Below, piece by piece: positions 10,606 through 21,311 of a stretch of DNA of 64,000 nucleotides (position 1 is the first letter of the stretch; each line of letters begins with the position of its first letter). The notes under the pieces are model-generated. The model saw nothing but the letters and a program-made list of their open reading frames with translations, made no database searches and was not told where the DNA came from. This DNA is from Eutreptiella sp. 'Long Island Sound 2002' (lineage: Eukaryota > Protista > Euglenida), in the NCBI GenBank assembly GCA_964036045.1, contig OZ038378.1, positions 182,218,001 to 182,282,000 on the forward strand, given 5' to 3'. Made by a program: the position numbers and the translations under genes.

Positions 10606-13600
10606 AGTCCCAACTAATTGGTGGCCACATAGAGTACTTGGTGCACTGTGGACTCGGCGTCCCATCGGTAAGGTCGCTATGGGGTGCCGTACAGAACCGG
10701 TAGTTGTACATATTGAATGTGTTGCAAAAGTTGCATTTCCCCCCCAATTTTTCAATTTTTTTTAAATAGTTTTATTTACACGACTTACTGCAAAAAAAAA
10801 TTTCCCGCGCTTACCGCAACAAAAAAATATACGACTTGACAATTTTTTTTTGTACACCAGTTACATTTTTCACCAGCCATAGCCCCACAGGACCAACTAC
10901 CACCGGAGGATAAATTTATATGGGGACAAAGTTGATGTGGACCAATTTGGAAGCCCTCCCTTCTACCAAAAAAATGTTTCTTGCAATTTTGAGGATCCTT
11001 TGCTGCAAAATGTGTGCACCGGAGCCCATCCAGTGACCATCCAGAGCCCATCAGGAAATAGCAGCAACCATCCACTGGGAAACAACAACAAGGGACCTTA
11101 TACCAAAACCTTACTTCATTTCTAAGGAGTAGCACCAAGATTTTCCCCTCCTAATTTTGGCCCTTCCAAAAAAAAAACCTCAAATTATTCCCCCGGCAGT
11201 ATTGGGCCGCACACACGAGCAAGCGGCGTAGCCAGACACCAACCTGAAGGCCAAGGAGACAAGGGTGACTCGGGGCACTGTGCAAAGGGAAAAACAGGTT
11301 ACGTACAGGCTCCCCTAACGCAAAATCACTGCAAGACAGGACACATTGTCACATGGTGGGGATATGCTGCCGTCTTCGTCACGAAGGGGGTGTCAGTGGG
11401 AGGGACCCCCCCCCGCAGGGCTCCAAATTGACACAATGAACTGAGAGTTGTGCCTATGACCATATACCTGTGTCACGGGGGTGTATGCGAGTCCTGTATT
11501 CGTTGCTCATGGCTGCAGGTCTCCAACCTGCACACATGTACAGTAGGTGAAGAACTGGGCGGGTGACATGTCACCTCCAGCACTTTCCACCACCCAGGTG
11601 GGGAGGGGAGGGGTTGCTGTAGCGCATACAAAAGGTCATGCCTTGGAGCTCACATGCACTGTTGTGGCTCTGCCTGTTTACGGTCGAAACAGAGTGGGCC
11701 AGTTGATGCACACTGATGAGACCTTGAGCCCTTTGGTCCTGACAGGGATGTCGCCAGCCGTGCCAGTTGCTCAACAACAACGTGCACCTTCACGGTTGGG
11801 CAGGGGTGGAGAAGGGAACGCTAGCAGCACCCCTATGCTACCAATCGGCAAGGAGCCTGGCCTGGTGTGCCCCACATGTGCCAAGCATCGTGGGTCTGCC
11901 ACGCTGCTCTGTCGTCACATTGGACATGCGAGGTGGGTGGCAGTGCTGAGCACGTTAGGGGCGGCGGCACGAGGCCAATAGTCTAGGGACTGTACACACA
12001 CGGAAATTATATGGGTGTGCTATTTTCACCTACCTTGTCATTTTCAAATACCTTGCTTATCCTAAATTATGCAACTGTCAAGACCTGGGTACCAAGTTGG
12101 ATTGCTGACCTTTTTCTTCTTTGTCCTCTTTTTTTATTCTTCATGCCAAAGGAGTATCACATCTCGCTATATAACTCTTGTCTTGTCGCAGGCCCCGTCA
12201 AAACTCATAGGAGGCCTGCTGTAGGCTACACCTTCCATCTCATTTATACGGTGTCTTGCAATCCTCTGGCAGTTCTCTGCAATTTTCTAGTAATTCTCTG
12301 GCAATATCTGGATACACTCGTCCAGCACATAGAATGAACGACTGTTGGTGTGAGTATGATTCATGTAAACAACAGAGTGACACAGGAAACAATCATAATC
12401 TCTGGATAAAATCCTGTTCTGATTAGTTACATGATTGCCATGCGCCTGCACTAGCGGCATTGGTGCAGCACACAGCCGGAGTTGAACATCATCATGTCCA
12501 ACAGGCCCAACAGGCAACCATGCCAGCATGGTAGCATGCACATCACAATCATCACCCATATGTCGTCCCCCAACAAGCAGCAGCTCAACAAGCAAGGCTA
12601 TCATCCTCCTCTTGTAACCCGGAGCCGCTATGTCACAAATGTACGAGCGTCGTGCTTGCTGGCAGCGAGGGGGCATGCATCCAGTTGCTAGAGTAAATCT
12701 TTGGGGCCGTCTTGTCTGAGATAGGACAAGAAGGGAGTTTGCTGCACGAAACAACGAAGCCCTGTATTTTCTCATAATACTTACTAGCACGCACAACAGC
12801 AGCATCCGTGCACTCACAGGAAAAGAAAATACGAATCACCATGCATATGTATGGGAGTTGGACAGGGGGTGGGGGTGAATCCGATGCATTTTCAGTTTTC
12901 GGCTGACTTCTCAAAAATATCCTTCTGGAGGGGGTGGGGTGGGGGGGTATGTTACACCCTTCTGAAATCTCCAAGAAAAGCGCATTTCGGAGAGGAATGG
13001 GTTATGCAGGGTAGACGGCAATATTTTTGAGTACCAAAGCTGAACTTTTCGGCATGTCATGGCCTCCAAGGTTTTGCGCGCGTGTGTGCCAGACGGGGTG
13101 TCCGGAGTTTTTATCGGTCCACGTAGCCATCATGTCTTCCACATATCAAATGCAACAAATCCATTTGTTGGCTTCACCCTCAGAGGACCATATGTTGGAG
13201 GCTTGGGGCTGGCAAGGCTGAGACACCCCCTCCAAATTTGTTCTGGTGAGCAAATGTTTTCCAAAATGGCCCAAGTTGCCAGCTTTGCCCAGGCCCTCCA
13301 CGTCCAAATTTGGGGGGACAATAATCGCCCCACCGACAACACAGAGAAATTCAAAAAATCGTCAAAGAAAGGCCGACTTTGCGCTGTTTTGGCCAGTATC
13401 CCCCCCCCCCCCCCGTCCAACCAGATTAGTCAGCGCCAGCCTTGGTGACATCTGTCAGTGTTCTGTACGGGCGGCTGCACTCATTTACTCTTGTGGGTGG
13501 GCTGGCTAGGAGCGGGCACGTGCAGGGGCTTTAGGACCAGCCGGACTGCAGTGTACCGCTTGCGGTGTTCTTAATGGCTAATCGACGCCGTGGGTGGGAC

Positions 13601-14970
13601 AAGCTGACTCGTAGGAACAGGGTTCAGTTGGTCCTCTACACATTTTTTCGGGTTTTATTTGGCCCACACATTCCCCAGTGTGCACACTTCCTGTACATCA
13701 GTAGGCTGTCCCAGCGGTAATTGTCGTGATTCTTGGGCCATTATCGTTAGTTCAAATCGTGCAATCCCCAATGTTGATTGGGGCCAAAAGTTGATTGGGA
13801 TGCACCACTACCAAGGGGTAATGCCTGGTTTGATGCCCTGAGTGGATCAACATGGGAGGAAGCTGGGGATCGTCTCTGCCCCCGGGTGGTGGTAGACAAG
13901 GTAGGCAGCATATCGGCTGGGGTCGCAAGAGCTAATCCAGGCGTGATATGGGGGCTTACCCAACAGCTAACCTAGGCGGCCCATGAAACATTCGATTGCT
14001 GTGCTCGCTCAGTGACCTCAAGGCAACATTCGGTGCTGGTCTGGTTTGCACTGTGAGAGTGGCCGGGCAAAAGAATTTGTGGTTGCAGAACATTGCGAAT
14101 TGAATTGTGTGAGTCTGGTATGAGGTCAGGATCATGCTGGCTATTTCAAAACCTGACGTCATGGCCCTGTCCAACCCCCATATACATGACAACATATGCC
14201 ACGAAATAATACAGACAAGTATATGGGGAACAAACCGGGGAGCAGCACTGACGGTGGCGGTATCAAATATAACAATAGCAGTCGTAATAGTAGCTCACAT
14301 AATTCATATGGGGCCTCCAGTGAACAGTTGGTTGGTTGGGGGGGATGCATCCTGTCCTAACCAGGAGCCCCCCCCCCCCCCCGCTTCCGGTGTGGCCATT
14401 GTGTACAGGCATGATTTGATGCTGCTGTGTGAGGCCACATCTGCTTGTACCTTGTGGATCAGGGGGTGGTGCTTGTCCGTAAGCATACATGGCATGGGGT
14501 TGGGCTGGTGGTGGGTCGTAGTTGTGGGTGTTGGCCCAGCAAAAGGGGCACCTTCGAGGACGGACCCTGCAGGTACTGCAATTTTGTGCGTCGTGCAGGG
14601 GGCAGGGCATATCTACCTGGCATCACGATGTGTGGGACTCCCATCGCTCTTGTGGACAGCTTTGTCGCACGCATGTGCTCGTGAGACGGTGACCATGCTC
14701 ACTGCAGCAATGCAATGAGCATCACGGAAAGCACCGACGGCGAAAGCGGTGATGGTGACACCACCGATAGGCCTAAGGGTAAACACGTAAGTGTGCACAC
14801 TGCAAGCCCCAGGTGTGCATTCGTTACACCGACGGCAGCAGGGGACGATATGTGTTGTAGACTGGACCTCCCAGGGGGGGGGGGGGGGCTTCGTGGCGGA
14901 AAGGGGGTTTGTCTGCAACACCGCACGCAAGCATCCGCACTAGCCGCTGTGGCGGTGGGTGTTGGTGAGT

Positions 14971-15292
14971 GGCAAAAATTCCCATTTTTCCGTCGGTGTG
15001 TGCGGTGAGCCGATTTTTACAAAGGGAACTGCGGGGAACATCTTCGACTTCCAGAAAAGTGGGGGAAATGGGACTATGGAAATGGATATTTTGTCCGATT
15101 TTTCTCCCTTTTTTGTCCCATTTTTGTCCCATTTTCCTCACCCACATCCTGCCACAACCCTCCACAACCCACATCCCGTGTGATATGCCCGCTATTTCCC
15201 CATTCCCCCCATCCCCCCCCCCCCCCCCACCATTTCTCTCCATTTCCCCCATTTCCCCCATTTTTCCAGACTCCAAAATCCTGGTTTGGTGA
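14971..15292. mobile_element. GGCAAAA-starting foldback-type insertion (AAATGGGG / CCCCATTT arrays), family shared with 43299-43860
   Basis: Flanked by GTTGGTGAGT at 14961-14970 and 15293-15302; G-rich and C-rich complementary sub-repeats inside. The flank motif also occurs in a local repeat, so the duplication could be coincidental. Confidence 0.55.
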
Positions 15293-15829
15293 GTTGGTGA
15301 GTTCAGTGGCGGTGAGCGCGGATGCCTGCGCACGCAATGGCCACGAATGCCACGCCAGGCCATGGGGGAGGAGTGTAGAGCGCACGAACCCGACACTTTA
15401 AAGAATCAGCTTTAGACGAGGGCAGACGAGGGCGCAGGGGGCTAAAAAGAGGTTGGGGGTGTCTGTTGAGGGACTGACCCGACCAGGCCTTATTGCGGGG
15501 TGCGTCTGGGATGCGGCAGGAGCTCCCCCAAAGGGTGGTCAGATGTGATGGGGGGTGCGACAGGAGGGATGGGGGGCAGGCGAAGTCGGTGTCCTACTGT
15601 CATGTGTCTGACAACTCCCTGCTGTTGGCAGGGTTGGGGTTGAGGGGTCCTCGGTTGGGCCCTCTATCCAGCCGGCTGCCGCTGACGAAGGCTAATTTTT
15701 TGCAAGGCTCACTGATGGCCGAATCACTAGTGGTGAGATGGTGCGGGGGGGGGGGGGGGGGGCAATCCCTTGCTCCCGTTCCGCGGCCACAGTCTGTTGG
15801 AACTGGTAGTACACTGTCGACATGACAAG

Positions 15830-17230
15830 GGTTTGTTGTGCACCATTTGGTGCATTCAAAAAGAACCGAAAAGGAGACATTACGGAAATGATGTCGCTCG
15901 AAGAATACAGATGGTGATTGCAAATGTGGCGACGAATACCGCCGGTTCAGCAGAGCAAGTGTGGGGTTGGTGTCAAGGACCAACGGTGAGTAGCAGGCTG
16001 CAGGATGCCACAGCATGCCGCAGCAGCTGAAAATGGCACTTCATTGGTTAGGTGTTGTTGCAGCACGCCGCAGCATGCCGCAGCGACCAAAATTTTTTTT
16101 GGTGTGGTACATTCATCACGGCAGTGATGCATTTTATTGGTGTTTATCCTTCCGTCGGGTTTTCGTGTACTGTGTCCCCACAGCGTCACATTTATCGTCT
16201 GATTGTTGAAATGTCCAGTAAAGAGGACAAACGTGAAATTGGTGCCCAGCATCGTGATACCCCCTCATCTTCCAGATCCATAGACTGTCCTTTCAGGGTG
16301 CAGGTGGGTGTACTGTGCCTCAGCGGGAGCACTGGGGTTTTGCACCGCTGCTGCTTGACAGTGATGCGTACAAGAGGCTGTCGGATGTGCCATATGAGGA
16401 CCTGTTTGCCACGGAGACCCAAGAGGAGGTACACAGCCGCATCAGAAAGCATGCCCGCATACAGAGGTGTGATGAAGCATTCCAGAGAAGTGCTCGGCCA
16501 TGTTACGGGCAAATCGGTTTTTTCTTCGGTCAATCATCACAATTGTACGCCCTTTATACCCTTTGCATGAGATCTTTCTGGGTCTGTTAAAGATTAGAAT
16601 TGGCTCTTAAACAGCCTCAACGCAGCTCCTACAGCCCCCATCCCTGAACACCACCACCACACCAAGGAACCCTTGCGGAACAAGGTCTGCGCTTCGGAGG
16701 TCGACAATCATGCCCGGATGATCCCACAGGAAGTCATCCACGCCTCTAGTAGGGGCGCCGCTGACGCCGTATGCAATGCTCGGTATTGGCCCCACATCCC
16801 CGTTGCAGAAGGAGATGGGTGGCTCCCTATCGCTTGTTGTTGGATCTGCGCAAGGGGTATTTTACGAACCTTGGCACAGTCTAGCACAATACATTGATTC
16901 GGTTTGATACACTTCATAATTATGATACATTCAGTACATGCAATTATACCGTTCACAATTATGATCATCATGATGATTGAATTACATTGGCTGTGATTGC
17001 TCATCCGCATTATCTTTGTTCGGTCTGGGTAGGTCACGCTCCCCATCGAATCATCCTCGTCTTTTTTGCGCACGTTCTCCAAGAGGGTCTCTTTTTTGAT
17101 GTTGAAGAATTAGAACTTGAGGAACTAGATGGTGCCAGTCTCTGTGAAGGAAAGTCTTGAAAATGGTCCACGCATACTACTGGAGATTGTTTTGCGCCAT
17201 AAAAGCACCATGCTCCGCGAGTTGTTGCGG
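15830..17230 (+). pseudogene. Degraded, apparently spliced coding remnant of unknown (probably transposon) protein
   Basis: Protein-like blocks GAFKKNRKGDITEMMSLEEYRW*.., RHIYRLIVEMSSKEDKREIG, VPQREHWGFAPLLLDSDAYKRLSDVPYEDLFATETQEEVHSRIRKHARIQRCDEAF and FFDVEELELEELDG..LLEIVLRHKSTMLRELL, separated by GT..AG-like gaps, stops and frameshifts. No family recognised. Confidence 0.35.
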
Positions 17231-17926
17231 TAGAGTTGAAATTTCCTCGATTAATGGTGGCGCATTTGGAATTTCGTTGCATGCATTTGCAATCTCTTTT
17301 GTCAACTCAACACTACACATTGTTTGCATTCAAAGATATGCTGTTTTTTTTTTTTGCAGCATGTGCCCACTCCCGCGCTGTTGCGGATGTTGCTGCTTGG
17401 TTCCCTGGGGGACCCTGTGCACGAGGGTCCCTAGTCATCTGGGCGTTCTAGTCACCCTGTGCGCCTTGGGGGGGGGGGGGGGGCACACGCTGACGTTCGC
17501 GATCTTCATGGCGCTAACTGCAGAAAAAAGGAAAAAAACAGTTGCAATGAATAACGGATCAATATTCCTACACCCCCCTACCCCAAAATTTGAGTTTTAG
17601 TTTACAATGTACAATCTTTTGGTTTATTCATTATTGAATGTCATACGTTTCATAAGTACTTTCGGGTTTGGGTCACATGCATTATGCATACCCTTTTCTG
17701 ACACTCATTACACAAACAGAAATTGGACAAATTCTCGCCGATTGAAGCATGAGGAGCAACCAAAGCAACGAGCGTGTGGAGCTGTGAGGGGCCCAAACCT
17801 AAAACCCCAAAGGCCGCCGTAATCGACGACTTTCCACACGCCTGTTCTGGATATCCCATGACATTGAACGGTATTAGCGTGGATTTCATCGCCATTTAGA
17901 TGGGACACGGTACAATTGAATGCATA

Positions 17927-18161
17927 CAGGGGGGGGGGGGATTTTCGTGGCAATTTAATTTCGCGTGGGAAATTTCGCGTTTCAAATTGACCGCGAAATT
18001 TCCCACGCGAAATTCCGGGTTCTCCGCGAATTTCTCGCACACTAGCAGTACACACTGTGGACTCTGGCGGGGGGTGATCCGCTCAACCCAGGGGGCTCTG
18101 CGAAGTTTACCACCGCGAATTTGACTTGGCGCGACACTCCCCCCCCCCCCCCCCCCGCCTG
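17927..18161. mobile_element. Tc1/mariner-like MITE (235 bp) with TA target-site duplication
   Basis: TA|CAGGGGGGG... at 17925-17927 and ...CCCGCCTG|TA at 18161-18163. Internal perfect 23-bp inverted repeat 17957-17979 / 17992-18014 with a 12-nt loop. Confidence 0.75.
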
Positions 18162-19162
18162 TATGAGACGTAATGCTGGTGAATTGACACGTGGTAAACG
18201 AACTGTGATATCATTTGATAGAGATTGCTGCGGATGAATTCGTATTATCTTACGTTATATTGCACCCCCCTTCCCTCCTCATCCCTGAACACCACCCCCA
18301 TCACCCTTCGTTTTAGCAAGTCGAGTCATTTGAGACGTGTTCCGCAGCCCGGTCCTGTTTCTCTTTCAGTGGAATCGACCTGAAGGACCGCAATGCCACA
18401 CTCTGTAATGAGCTCCTCACTGCAGTATGTTGTATTGGTTGTGGATGGAGGCTGATAGCCCTTCAGGCATGCAGTCGAAAGGATTCGGGAGAATCGCCAT
18501 CCGCGGCTTTGCTGGACAGGACGTATTGCGATACATCCGGCACCTCTTGACTAGCATCCCCGCACCACGACAGGGGGGTTGTGCTGGGACGTGGCATCCC
18601 AAGCACAGCACCGTAACAAACGCACTGCAAGCGACGAGAAGGAACACGGGTGAATGTTCGGCACCCCCTATGTCAAGGGGGTTGCCATAAAGGCTCAGGA
18701 AGTGTCAGTGGGTACTTCTATGTGCAGGCACTTGTATGGGTGAGGAGCGGGAGGCCTTAGCCCCCCTGGACATGTCCCGTGCCACCACCAGCCGCTCCTG
18801 CAGCTTCCGATAGCAGCAACAGCATCGGGTACTTCTACACAACACAAATGCCCTCTGCACCGCAGGACTATGCACAAGCCTTGATCATCAGTCATCACTC
18901 CCTCTTGCACAACATGGGGGTAGGTCTGGCTGTCCGACTCAAGACCCCTCCGGCTCTCCGAAAGCACGGTCCCGCCTATGCCACAATACACAACACACAC
19001 GTATCACACAACTGCGATGGAGGACCATGAAAGGCTCATGCCCCGCCCCGCGCTCCGTCCCTCTGCCGGTCTCTCGCTCAAGGGGGTCGCCAGCTCCTTG
19101 ACTCCGAAGCGACCCCCTTGACACTGGAGCCATGATGCCCTGCCCCCGCCCACATTCCACAG

Positions 19163-19201
19163 GTTGAAGAGACCATCACGCGGTACCATGCCCTCAAAAA
19201 G
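19163..19201 (+). CDS. Coiled-coil protein of unknown function, internal exon (first of 4 recognisable; 5' exons not found)
   Basis: ttccacAG|GTT..AAG|GTactg; encodes VEETITRYHALKK, phase 0/0. Confidence 0.6.
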
Positions 19202-19310
19202 GTACTGCCCCCCCGCCACGTGTTGCTGTGTCTCTGGGCCCGCGGCCATGCCGACCCGGTGGTGCAGGTGCGTTGCAACTGCCGCCGCCCGACCTTCTGC
19301 ATCTTTGTAG

Positions 19311-19352
19311 GAGCACGCGCTGCACCTGAAGCACCACGATGAGCTGCGGAGG
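19311..19352 (+). CDS. Coiled-coil protein, internal exon
   Basis: ctttgtAG|GAG..AGG|GTatat; encodes EHALHLKHHDELRR, phase 0/0. Confidence 0.65.
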
Positions 19353-19439
19353 GTATATCTGTGCGCATCCAGGGCACATGAGATGTGTTTTGGGGGGGGG
19401 GGGGGGGGGCTTGTGGTGTTTGGTGGGACTTTGTTCGTG

Positions 19440-20480
19440 TTTGATTTCACTCTTTTAGTGTTTGATTAGAGTATTATTGTTGCTGTTTGGTTGACCGTTT
19501 TAGTTGGTTGGACTGTGTGTGTGTTTGGCTGGTTATTTGCACTCTTTTCAAACACATCGAACCTAACACGAAAAAGGACACCCAAACACTAACAGAGGAA
19601 ATGCAACCAAACTCAAAAAGACCAACCAGGCATAAAAAGACCCCACCAAAAACAAGACACGTGACAAGAGTACAAGCAAACACAAAAAACAACAAGACAC
19701 GAACGACTCCAACCAAAACCGAAAATGACCCAATCAGCAAAGAAAACGGCTTTAGAGACACGAGAAGAATCGCACCAAGCACTAGAAGAGGCCAACCAAC
19801 CACGAAAAGAGTCCAATGATTCACTGAAGGAGTCAGACCAACCAGGAACTGAATCCAAGCAAACGCTCAAACAGTCCAAACGGGCCGAAACCGAGTCCCA
19901 TCAACCACGAAAACAGTCCAGCCAAACACTAAAAAAGTCCAAAGAGACACGGAAAATGTCCAACCAAATACTATACACGTCCACCTCTATGCAAAAGAGT
20001 CAAAACAAGCAGCCTGACCAAACACTATGATAGTCCAAACAAATACGCAAAGAGTCCAAATAAACAGGAAAAGAGCCCAACCAATTACTACCACAACCCA
20101 ATCAAACACTCCCCCTTTTGTGTATCGTTGGACTCGTTTAAAATTTGGTTAGACTGTTTTATTGTTTGGTTGAACTTTTTTCGTATTGGGTAGGGCCGGT
20201 TTTGTCGCTGTTTGTGTTTGATTGCACTCATTTCGTGTTTGGTTGGACCTCTTAATGTTTGGTTGGGCTCCTTCCGTTTGGTGGGGTTTTCTGCCTGTTT
20301 GGTTGCAGTCGTTTCATTTTTGGTTGGGCTGTTTTAGTGGTTGGTGCCATTCTATTTGTGTTTCGATGGACTCCGTTCGTTTTTATTTGGACTCTCTGAG
20401 TGTCTGGCGGGACGTTTTTGATGATCTGTTGGACCCTTTTGTCGTTTGCTTGGAGTGTTTTCGTGTTTGAATGGACCCTT
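19440..20480. repeat. Foldback (imperfect palindromic) minisatellite element of AAAGAGTCCAA-like units within the coiled-coil gene intron
   Basis: A/C-rich arm about 19545-20110 (e.g. caaagagtccaaataaac 20048-20065) mirrored by a T/G-rich arm about 20120-20480 (ttttatttggactctctg 20381-20398); centre near 20112. Confidence 0.75.
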
Positions 20481-20693
20481 TTTCCTGCTTTCTTGTGACA
20501 ACCCTGGTCGCCGACGCTGCGATCGTTCCTTGGCATGCCGTGTGGCGTTGTCGTGCCTTCCAAGACGTTGCGTTGCATTTGGAGTGCGGTTGTGTGTGGC
20601 AGAGCACATCCAGCGCCACAATCTCCCCTCCTTTGCCGTCGCCGAAGGCTGCTAAGCCCGACCCGCGTCCTCCCCCTCCCTCTCTCGTGACAG

Positions 20694-20792
20694 AGCGGTG
20701 TGATGTACAAAAAGATGGTTGGGCAACTGCTTGCGGATGTGGACACCCATGAATCCAAATCGGAAGACATCCGACGGCATATGCGGAAGCGG
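20694..20792 (+). CDS. Coiled-coil protein, penultimate exon
   Basis: gtgacAG|AGC..CGG|GTattc; encodes SGVMYKKMVGQLLADVDTHESKSEDIRRHMRKR, phase 0/0. Confidence 0.75.
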
Positions 20793-20825
20793 GTATTCCC
20801 CCTCTCTGCCATGCCCTCGGATGTG

Positions 20826-20961
20826 CTTGGGCTTTTGGGCTTTTCGGCTTTTGGGCTTTTGGGCTTTTGGGCTTTTGGGCTTTTAGGCTTTTGGGCTGTT
20901 GCGCTTGGGGCTTGGGGATTGGGGATTGGGGCTTGGGGCTTGAGCTTGAGCTTGGGCTTGG
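20826..20961 (+). repeat. Degenerate G-rich tandem repeat (GGGCTTTT[G], GGGG[A/C]TT, GAGCTT units)
   Basis: Directly visible inside intron 20793-21134. Confidence 0.85.
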
Positions 20962-21134
20962 GCATTCTGCAGCTTCCGCAATACACAAAAAGCAACATAC
21001 CTCCACAGCACACAATGCGCCAAACAGACCCCATAACACACCGAACGCGCAGCACGCAACACACGATGCGCCACGCGACGCATGACGTGCGAGGTGCAAT
21101 ACACAATGCACAGCATACCCTCCGCCCGCTGCAG

Positions 21135-21311
21135 AACGAGTCCGTCAAGAAGATGTACGATCAAGTGTTGGTCTCCAAGGCAGAAGTCATTGAGCAGCTT
21201 CACGAGCGCATCCGCGACGTGGACAGCGGCCTCGAGGCCTCCCGGCAGAAGCTGGACAAAATCAAGACTGTGATGCGGTTCGTGCAGCTGCAGCGCCACA
21301 TCTGCATTTAA
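21135..21311 (+). CDS. Coiled-coil protein, terminal exon
   Basis: gctgcAG|AAC; encodes NESVKKMYDQVLVSKAEVIEQLHERIRDVDSGLEASRQKLDKIKTVMRFVQLQRHICI*; heptad-like spacing and GC3-rich codons. Confidence 0.8.
   Translation, partial: NESVKKMYDQVLVSKAEVIEQLHERIRDVDSGLEASRQKLDKIKTVMRFVQLQRHICI

Larger units (their letters stand above)
7866..10870 (+). mobile_element. Non-autonomous Mutator-like (MULE) DNA transposon carrying a Ulp1-like protease pseudogene
   Basis: Exact 9-bp direct repeat CACCAGCCA at 7857-7865 and 10871-10879. Imperfect terminal inverted repeats of about 100 bp: left ttttttttcggtaagtcgtgtaaa (about 7942-7965) versus right tttacacgacttactgcaaaaaaaaa (about 10775-10800), with ggtgta/tacacc near both ends. 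Internal subterminal tandem arrays and a protease ORF; no transposase seen. Confidence 0.65.
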
